A program made the translations under genes and the position numbers. Under the pieces are notes generated by a model. The model did no database searches. It saw only the letters and a list, made by a program, of their open reading frames with translations, and was not told the origin of the DNA. Positions 33,961 through 40,171 of a stretch of 42,565 nt of DNA are shown here, piece after piece; positions within the stretch are counted from its first letter, which is position 1; each line of letters begins with the position of its first letter. The stretch is from a virus. The stretch is taken from IMG/VR virus record IMGVR_UViG_3300042286_000173; one strand, written 5' to 3'.

Positions 33961-36184
33961 AGAACGCACCGCAAACAACCTGCGGGGCGCGCTTCTTTTC
34001 CTGTCGTTGTACCCCGACGCAAAACTTTTTCCGGCATACGCGCGGAAAGAGGGCGACGGGTACACCCACCAGCCGCTGGTTGCGTGGCGCTCCGAGGCGT
34101 CCGGAGACCCTGACATGCTCAAATACTGGGCGTGGGAGCTGGTATCCCATTCGATAGACAGGGAGACAGGAAAAACGCGCCGCCTGCGGAACAACGGTTC
34201 GAGGACCGTGTATTTCTGTATCGCCGCGGATCAGTCCGGGGTCCAGATTGTGGACGCCGACGACAAACACGGCAAAAACGGAAACGACACGATTACCGCG
34301 CTCGCTCTGGACGGAAAACACCTGCCCGAGACCCTGCGGTCCCGCACGCCTTCTGGCCGCGGTGGCCACTGGTTCTACCTCGGGCCGCCTGTCCGCCACG
34401 TGGCCGGATCGATGGGTGAGGGACTGGACACGCCTGTAATGGCCCCGCTGCCCGGGCAGGACGCGCACCCCAAGGGGCGGTATGAGGAAGTTGTGGACGA
34501 GCTGGGCATGCCGTACCCTATGGTACAAGCGCCCGAATGGATACGCTACCTCGCGGGTGCCCCGAAACCGAAACACGCGGATGTTTCCGAAAACTACGCG
34601 GGCGAGCTCGACGCCGACAGGTACGTTGAGGAAATGACCGAGTACCTCGAACGCACAGCCCCCGATGTTACGGAGCGCAACGTGGCTGCCCACAGAGCCG
34701 CAGCTATGATGCGGGACTACGCCATATCAGAAGAGAAAAGCGCGGAGCTTCTGCGCGAGGTCTGGCGCCCGCTCCTGCCCGATCCTGATTTCGAGGACTC
34801 GGAGATAGAAAAATGTGTCCGCTCCGCGTGGGCCACCGCGCAGAACCCGATAGGATGTAAAACTGTTGAGGGTGCCGAGGCCGCGTTCGGCGCGACGCTT
34901 TCAACGGATGCGCAACCCTCGCCCACCGACAAAAACGGCCGTATCGAATTGCGCAACGTTATTTTCCCTGACATGACGCGCGCGGACAACCCGCGGCCCA
35001 TGGCGTCCATAGATAATGTACGCATGATAATGGCCGCGTACGGCATAACGGCGCGATACAACGCAATGTCTTTCCGGAGGGAGTATTATCACCCTTACGG
35101 CGGAAGCGCGGCGGTAATGGGTGACGACGCCATTACGCTGGTTCAGGATCTGGCGCTGCGCCACGGTATGACGAACGGCCGGAACCTCGCACCGCTCATG
35201 CAGCGGATCGCGTCGGAAAATGAGTATCACCCCATAAAAGCTTGGCTCGAACAGGACGGGGGTCGCTGGGATGGCGTGCCACGCCTGCAGAAACTGATAG
35301 CCACCGTCACCCCCCGAGACGAGTACCCGCTGGCACTCCGCGACGTTCTCATCGCTAGGTGGCTGTGCAGCGCCGTGGCCGCCCTGTATGCGCCCAATTT
35401 CTCCACGAGAGGAACGCTTACGTTTCTAGGCGGTCAGTCCATGGGCAAAACGTCGTGGTGCCGCGCACTCTGCCCGCCGGGCGCATTCCTCGAGGGTGCA
35501 TCCCTCGACCCAGGCAACAAAGATTCCAAACTCGCCGCGCTGTCTCACTGGATAGTGGAGCTGGGCGAGGTCGGGTCAACCCTGAAAAAAGACATCGACG
35601 GGCTGAAAGCGTTCCTCACGAGCGCGAGGTACACTATCCGTAAACCCTATGACCGCGAGGAAACGGTCATGCAACGCCAGACCGTTTTTACCGCCACGGT
35701 GAATGATGATTTGTTCCTCAAGGATAGCACGGGCAACGCGCGGTGGTGGACAATACCGTGCGCAGAAATTGACTACTGCCACGGGCTGGACATGAGGCAG
35801 GTGTGGCTCGAGGTCAAAGAGACGTTATACGAAAAAGGGTATGCGTGGCACCTGACCCCCGAGGAGCAGCGCATGCTAGACGCTGTTAACGCCGAGCACG
35901 TCATACCAGATGAAATAGCAGACGCAATAAATGATGCGTTTGATTTCTCCACGCCACCGGGCGAGTTCATGACCACAACGGAGGTCCTTGAGCTGACTGG
36001 CATACGCAACCCAAACACCATGCAGCTACGCAAGGCCGGTGTGTTTCTGACACAGATGCTCGGGAGGCGGAAGTCAAATAACGGCCGTAAAGGGTATCGC
36101 ATGCCTGCTCTGCGGGACCGGAGCACGAGAGAAGCCGAGCGCCTCTTTGGTGAGAGTTCGGCCCCCGGATCGGCCCTTAATTAA
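33950..36184 (+). CDS. Bifunctional primase-polymerase (Prim-Pol) fused to a VirE/D5-type P-loop helicase
   Basis: Prim-Pol: ...VQIVDADDKHG...TPSGRGGHWFY. Walker A GGQSMGKTS. Walker B WIVELGEV. Start uncertain: GTG 33950 follows GAGGG, while TTG 33914 and GTG 33938 lack an RBS. Confidence 0.85.
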   Translation: MTHKERTANNLRGALLFLSLYPDAKLFPAYARKEGDGYTHQPLVAWRSEASGDPDMLKYWAWELVSHSIDRETGKTRRLRNNGSRTVYFCIAADQSGVQIVDADDKHGKNGNDTITALALDGKHLPETLRSRTPSGRGGHWFYLGPPVRHVAGSMGEGLDTPVMAPLPGQDAHPKGRYEEVVDELGMPYPMVQAPEWIRYLAGAPKPKHADVSENYAGELDADRYVEEMTEYLERTAPDVTERNVAAHRAAAMMRDYAISEEKSAELLREVWRPLLPDPDFEDSEIEKCVRSAWATAQNPIGCKTVEGAEAAFGATLSTDAQPSPTDKNGRIELRNVIFPDMTRADNPRPMASIDNVRMIMAAYGITARYNAMSFRREYYHPYGGSAAVMGDDAITLVQDLALRHGMTNGRNLAPLMQRIASENEYHPIKAWLEQDGGRWDGVPRLQKLIATVTPRDEYPLALRDVLIARWLCSAVAALYAPNFSTRGTLTFLGGQSMGKTSWCRALCPPGAFLEGASLDPGNKDSKLAALSHWIVELGEVGSTLKKDIDGLKAFLTSARYTIRKPYDREETVMQRQTVFTATVNDDLFLKDSTGNARWWTIPCAEIDYCHGLDMRQVWLEVKETLYEKGYAWHLTPEEQRMLDAVNAEHVIPDEIADAINDAFDFSTPPGEFMTTTEVLELTGIRNPNTMQLRKAGVFLTQMLGRRKSNNGRKGYRMPALRDRSTREAERLFGESSAPGSALN

Positions 36185-36189
36185 CTGCC

Positions 36190-36615
36190 ATATCGACCCT
36201 GCGGCCCTGCCCCCGAGGCAGGGCCTTTTTCTGACTCGTGCCTGACCCCCAGCACATGACCCTATTTTATATCGACCCATGGTTGATAGTATATCGACCC
36301 TGATGGGGGGCACTCAAGGGGCACCAAAGGGATGCTAAAATCCGGGGAGTGACTCCTAAAAAATATTTAGACAAACCAGACTGTTATGGTGTAAAGAGCC
36401 ACTTAGGGTCACTACTTTTTTAATAAAGATTAATTTATTTATATATGGTGTATATAGGGAGCGGCCGGGTGCCCAAGACCCCGAGCGAAACTGAGCGTGC
36501 AGAGTTTTTCGAAGTTTTCAAGTTTTTCAGCTTTTCAGTGACCCCGTGGCCCTAGTGCTATTTTTGCCCGAAAAAACCGTGGCGGGGTTGATATAGAGAA
36601 CAGCTATATCGACCC
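36190..36615 (+). repeat. Origin-like region: four direct (T)ATATCGACCC repeats, an AT-rich core and phased T-tracts
   Basis: Repeat copies at 36190-36199, 36268-36278, 36290-36300 and 36605-36615. GGTTGATA precedes two of them. AT-rich core at about 36355-36460. agtttttcg/aagttttca/agtttttca/gcttttca at 36502-36537. GGGGCAC twice, 11 bp apart, at 36307-36324. Confidence 0.5.
36203..36231 (+). terminator. Intrinsic terminator after the primase-helicase gene
   Basis: ggccctgcc-cccga-ggcagggcc followed by tttttctg. Perfect 9-bp stem. Confidence 0.8.
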
Positions 36616-36644
36616 CCAGAAGCACAAGAAAAACGGAGGAGAAA

Positions 36645-37292
36645 ATGCGGATTTTTGTCGGTATCGATCCCGGCCTGAATGGTGGCGCCGTGGCTGTGAG
36701 CGTAGACCAGACCCTGCTACCCGAGCAGGGTGGCCTGGGTTTACAAGGCAGCCAAGGTTTACAAGGCAGCCAAGGTTTACGAGGCTTACAAGACTTACAG
36801 GGCATCCAAGGTTTACAAGGCTTACAAGACTTACAGGGCATCCAAGGTTTACAGGGTGGAAGGGGCTTCGAGGTTGTGGACACCATCGCCACAAAGGCCC
36901 TTTCCGCCGTGGAACGGGCTCATACTATGAGCCAATGGCTCATAGTTTATGAGCCGGAGAAGGTGCTTTTAGAGCAAGTAACTGTAATTCAAAGACAAAG
37001 AGGTAATGACAAGCTGCTCGCGAGCATGGGCTGGTGGCAAGGTGTGCTCGACGCGCACGCGCAGCCATATGAGCTTGTGCGTCCTACGCTCTGGAAGCGG
37101 CGTGCAGGCATTCCGCCTGCCCCGCGCGGGGCTTCGGATACGCAGATCAAAAAACTGGCCGTAGAACGGGCAGAACAGCTTTTTCCGGGTGAGTGCTTCC
37201 GCGGAGCGCGCGGTGGCGTGTCTGGTTGCGACTGGAAGGCCGAGGCCGCGCTCATGGCGTTATGCGGCGCGTGCTCTCTCAAAACATGGTAG
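36645..37292 (+). CDS. RuvC-like Holliday-junction resolvase with an inserted Gly-X-Gln repeat segment
   Basis: GGAGGAG RBS. N-terminus MRIFVGIDPGLNGGAVAV (catalytic Asp), internal LLEQV, and C-terminal GCDWKAEAALMA, giving a RuvC-type acidic set. About 45 aa of repeat is inserted after the first beta-hairpin. Confidence 0.8.
   Translation: MRIFVGIDPGLNGGAVAVSVDQTLLPEQGGLGLQGSQGLQGSQGLRGLQDLQGIQGLQGLQDLQGIQGLQGGRGFEVVDTIATKALSAVERAHTMSQWLIVYEPEKVLLEQVTVIQRQRGNDKLLASMGWWQGVLDAHAQPYELVRPTLWKRRAGIPPAPRGASDTQIKKLAVERAEQLFPGECFRGARGGVSGCDWKAEAALMALCGACSLKTW
36738..36856 (+). repeat. In-frame tandem repeat array: 18 bp x2, 36 bp x2 (one mismatch), plus an 11-bp partial unit
   Basis: ggtttacaaggcagccaa x2 (36738-36773). 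ggtttacgaggcttacaagacttacagggcatccaa and a near-identical copy (36774-36845). ggtttacaggg (36846-36856). Confidence 0.95.
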
Positions 37293-37371
37293 ACGCTAAA
37301 AACGGGCACATGGTATCGGGGTGGTGCTGACACATACACGCCACCCGATAGAAATTGCCGGAGTAACAGTT

Positions 37372-37776
37372 ATGTCTGAAACGTCCGTGGATATGGTCAA
37401 CCACCCCCCGCACTACGCGGGCCACCCGAGCGGTGCCGAGTGCATCGAGATCACGTCGCACATGGGTTTTTGCGACGGCAACGCGTTCAAATACGTTTTC
37501 CGCGCCGGGCAGAAGGGCGACAAACTCGAGGATCTGCGCAAGGCTGTGTGGTACCTTGAGTTTGAGAAAGAACGCGCGCGGGATTTTGTGCCCACGGGCC
37601 GCCCGCTGATTCTGCCGCTTGCGCGGTATGTGGAGTGGGCCATGGGCCAGGGGTCCAAAGAGGACCGCGGGCGCGCCGGGGTTCTCATGAGCATATGGGC
37701 GCGCGAGTACGCGGACGCGGCGCAGCAGATAAAGCTCTGGATATCCGAGCTCGAGTCGGGGGCGGCGTATGCCTAA
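37372..37776 (+). CDS. DUF3310 (SaV-like) protein
   Basis: VNHPPHYAG...ECIEI...CDGNAFKYVFRAGQKGDKLEDLRKAVWYLE is the characteristic DUF3310 pattern. ATG at 37372. Confidence 0.75.
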   Translation: MSETSVDMVNHPPHYAGHPSGAECIEITSHMGFCDGNAFKYVFRAGQKGDKLEDLRKAVWYLEFEKERARDFVPTGRPLILPLARYVEWAMGQGSKEDRGRAGVLMSIWAREYADAAQQIKLWISELESGAAYA

Positions 37777-38017
37777 CGGAGTTATACCGACATCGTGGTT
37801 TGTCCGGTTCCGGCGCGAGTATGAGGCGGCGTGTGCCAAGCACCCGCTTTTTCCTACACCCGGCAAGCACCCGTTGCAGATCGTCATGGAAGAGCTGGGC
37901 GAGGCATGCCGCGCATTCAACGATGGTGATTTCGCCCACGGCGAGCAGGAGCTCGACCAGTGCATGGTGACTATCAGGCGCTGGCAGGAGATGGAGAACA
38001 AAAATGTACCGATGTAA
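37769..38017 (+). CDS. Small MazG-like nucleotide pyrophosphohydrolase candidate (82 aa)
   Basis: ...LQIVMEELGEACRAFNDGDFAHGEQELDQCMV resembles the EExGE...E..D metal-binding helices of MazG-type proteins. Confidence 0.45.
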   Translation: MPNGVIPTSWFVRFRREYEAACAKHPLFPTPGKHPLQIVMEELGEACRAFNDGDFAHGEQELDQCMVTIRRWQEMENKNVPM

Positions 38018-38429
38018 ATTTTTCTCTATCCGTGAGCTGGTATGCCCCGAGTACCTGAACGCCTATCCCGAGGGTGTTCTGTGGAGCCGGTTTTCTCCTG
38101 ACCGGCTCCGCGTACTCGACCAGATACGCGAGGACTTCGGGCCGGTGGTCATTAACGGCCGTTTCAGCGGTCAGGTGTTTACCGAGTCCGGAGTGCGTGC
38201 GCACGGCACGGATACCGGGGCGCCGCTGTCCATGCACAAGCTATGGGCGGCGTTCGATCTCAAATTCACAGAGACCACGCCCCTGGCGGTGCAGCTCGCG
38301 ATCCTTTCAGACCCCGCGCGGTATGCGCCGGTCACGCGCATGGAAGACGCGCGCGTCACGGCTACGTGGCTGCATATCGATTTTGGCAACCCCGCGCTGG
38401 ATGGCGGGATCTATCTGTTCAGGCCCTAA
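38004..38429 (+). CDS. Endolysin, peptidase M15 (zinc D-Ala-D-Ala/L-Ala-D-Glu peptidase) family
   Basis: ...ESGVRAHGTDTGAPLSMHKLWAAFDL... and ...TWLHIDFG fit the S.H..G.A.D / H.D zinc-ligand pattern. It lies next to the holin. Confidence 0.75.
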   Translation: MYRCKFFSIRELVCPEYLNAYPEGVLWSRFSPDRLRVLDQIREDFGPVVINGRFSGQVFTESGVRAHGTDTGAPLSMHKLWAAFDLKFTETTPLAVQLAILSDPARYAPVTRMEDARVTATWLHIDFGNPALDGGIYLFRP

Positions 38430-38445
38430 CGGCGGAGGTGGCAGC

Positions 38446-38628
38446 ATGCTGTGCCCTGACTGCGGGAACGATACGTTCGTGAACCGCACCATGAAAACCA
38501 ACTGCGGCACGGCCGTTGTCCGTATCCGTATCTGCAAGAAATGCCTCGAGGCGTTCCGTACCGAGGAGAGCCTCATTTACAAAATCAAGCGCAACGACTC
38601 CGGCCAGTGGGTGGCTAACGGCAAATAG
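38446..38628 (+). CDS. Zinc-ribbon protein (60 aa), NrdR-N-terminal-like; possible regulator
   Basis: MLCPDCGNDTF...RIRICKKCLEAFRTEE has two CxxC pairs. GGAGGTGG RBS. Confidence 0.55.
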   Translation: MLCPDCGNDTFVNRTMKTNCGTAVVRIRICKKCLEAFRTEESLIYKIKRNDSGQWVANGK

Positions 38629-38841
38629 GCGCACATATGGAGCGCAAGGGGGTGATCCGCTTGGTAGGAGGGAAGCATTGCATTATGCCTTGCTTCCCTT
38701 CGTCGTTTGCGACGGCGGCGCGGCTGCGGAGACCGAGGGAGAAAGTCAGAAAAAGCCATGCTTAAACCTACGCCTCGAATCCCTGCCGCGCCGTTCGTTG
38801 CATTAAAAACCAAGGAGCCTAACACATTGGAGCCCGAGGTA

Positions 38842-39213
38842 ATGAGTGTTTCAGCGATAAGCACCGGCGTAGCCGGAGCGTCCGGCATAGCCTTCGGGGC
38901 GTGGTTGCTAAAACTGCTTCTTGGGCGGTATCTTGCAGAGAGAGACAAGCGGGACGCGGAATTGACCGCGTCGCTCAATGCTCTTAGAGAGGAGCTTATG
39001 GCGCTCAAACTGCAGGACGTTAAACAGAGCGGGGACATGATGACCCGCACGGAATGCGAGGCGTGTCGCGCGAAATGTGAGATGCGGCGCGAGAAGGACA
39101 TTCAGGAGCTGGGCAGGCGCATAGACCGGCTGTGTGACCAGCTCGAGGAGCTGACACGAATGTTGATCGCCCGGGTAAATAACGGGGCCCTGCAGAACAA
39201 AGGGGGTGCATGA
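38842..39213 (+). CDS. Membrane-anchored coiled-coil protein of the lysis cassette (i-spanin- or antiholin-like)
   Basis: N-terminal TM segment (ISTGVAGASGIAFGAWLLKLLLG) followed by a heptad-rich helix. Start choice is uncertain between ATG 38842 (GGAG 9 nt upstream) and ATG 38758. Confidence 0.55.
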   Translation: MSVSAISTGVAGASGIAFGAWLLKLLLGRYLAERDKRDAELTASLNALREELMALKLQDVKQSGDMMTRTECEACRAKCEMRREKDIQELGRRIDRLCDQLEELTRMLIARVNNGALQNKGGA

Positions 39214-39797
39214 TGCCTCTTCCCCTGATCCCGCTGGCCGGGCTTATCATAAACGCCATTCCGTCCATAGTCGGCCTGTTTGGCGACGAGGATGCGGAGA
39301 AGACCGCGGGCAAGGTGGTTGATATCGCCAAGACGGTCACCGGGCTGTCAGACCCCGATGAAGCGGTTCAGGCCGCGGTTAAAGACCCCGCTCTGCTGAA
39401 ACAGATTGAAGTGCAGGCACACGAGTACCGGCTGGAACAGCTCAAAGCCGAAACGCTCATCGTGAAAGAAGTCAACGCCACTATGCGGGCGGAAACGCAG
39501 TCGGAAGACCCGTGGTCAAGGCGGTGGCGGCCCTTCTGGGGTTTCGTGTCCGCTGTAGCCTTCGGGCTGGTGGCTCTCGCAATTTCAGGCGTGCTTGTCA
39601 TGATGGCATGGCAGGATACCGCCTCTTTTATTGCCCAGCTCCCCGCGGTGGTTTCCAGTATGGCTGCGCTGTTCGGTATTCCTGCTGCTATCCTCGGCGT
39701 TGCGTCATGGCATCGCGGAAAAATGCAGCGCATAAAGGCAGGCGAAACGGTGCAGGGCAGAAACCTTTTTGAGCTTATCAGGAAGGCGAGGCAGTGA
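39210..39797 (+). CDS. Holin with three TM segments (GTA-holin-3TM-like)
   Basis: TM1 PLIPLAGLIINAIPSIVGLF. TM2 FWGFVSAVAFGLVALAISGVLVMMAW. TM3 LPAVVSSMAALFGIPAAILGVASW. ATGATG coupling to the upstream gene. Confidence 0.65.
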   Translation: MMPLPLIPLAGLIINAIPSIVGLFGDEDAEKTAGKVVDIAKTVTGLSDPDEAVQAAVKDPALLKQIEVQAHEYRLEQLKAETLIVKEVNATMRAETQSEDPWSRRWRPFWGFVSAVAFGLVALAISGVLVMMAWQDTASFIAQLPAVVSSMAALFGIPAAILGVASWHRGKMQRIKAGETVQGRNLFELIRKARQ

Positions 39798-40171
39798 AGG
39801 ACACGCTTGAAAAGCTGGGGGTAACCAAGGAAAAGCTGGCGAAGGAATATATTGCCATGGCTTTTTCCAATATCACCGACGTCATGACAGACGACGGAGA
39901 GCTCAAGGGGTTGAACCAGCTTACAGTGCCCGCGCGTAAGGCGGTTAAATCGATCAAGCGCGCCACCGGGCGCTCGCGCAGTACAAGCGTTGAGATGCAC
40001 GATAAGCACCGTGCACTCGAAAAGCTGGTGAAGTGGTTCGGTGTCGAGGACGGCGAGGGCAACCCGCTAGGTGGCGGTGGAATGGCCGTTATCGTGGAGA
40101 CCGGGATACCCTACGCTCCGGGCGGAGCGCCCGAAGCGGAACCGGAAGAAGAGGACGATCTTTTCTCATGA
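39794..40171 (+). CDS. terS: Terminase small subunit
   Basis: GTG start overlapping the holin stop. ...LAKEYIAMAFSNITDVMTDDGELKGLNQL...AVKSIKRA...VEMHDKHRALEKLVKWFG is the typical Terminase_2/P27-type C-terminal pattern. Immediately upstream of TerL. Confidence 0.7.
   Translation: MKDTLEKLGVTKEKLAKEYIAMAFSNITDVMTDDGELKGLNQLTVPARKAVKSIKRATGRSRSTSVEMHDKHRALEKLVKWFGVEDGEGNPLGGGGMAVIVETGIPYAPGGAPEAEPEEEDDLFS

Noticed and set aside
36738-36856. Possible CRISPR array or minisatellite in the repeat block
   Set aside because: The repeats are contiguous with no spacers, they are multiples of 9 bp, and they stay in frame inside a RuvC-like gene. No cas genes are present.
38678-38806. Outer-membrane spanin lipoprotein (TTG start after AGGAGG; MHYALLPFVVCDGG...)
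   Set aside because: The signal peptide would be only 10 residues with no basic n-region. The lipobox (F-V-V-C) is non-canonical, and the ORF overlaps the upstream part of the frame holding the TM/coiled-coil gene. It is too weak to call.
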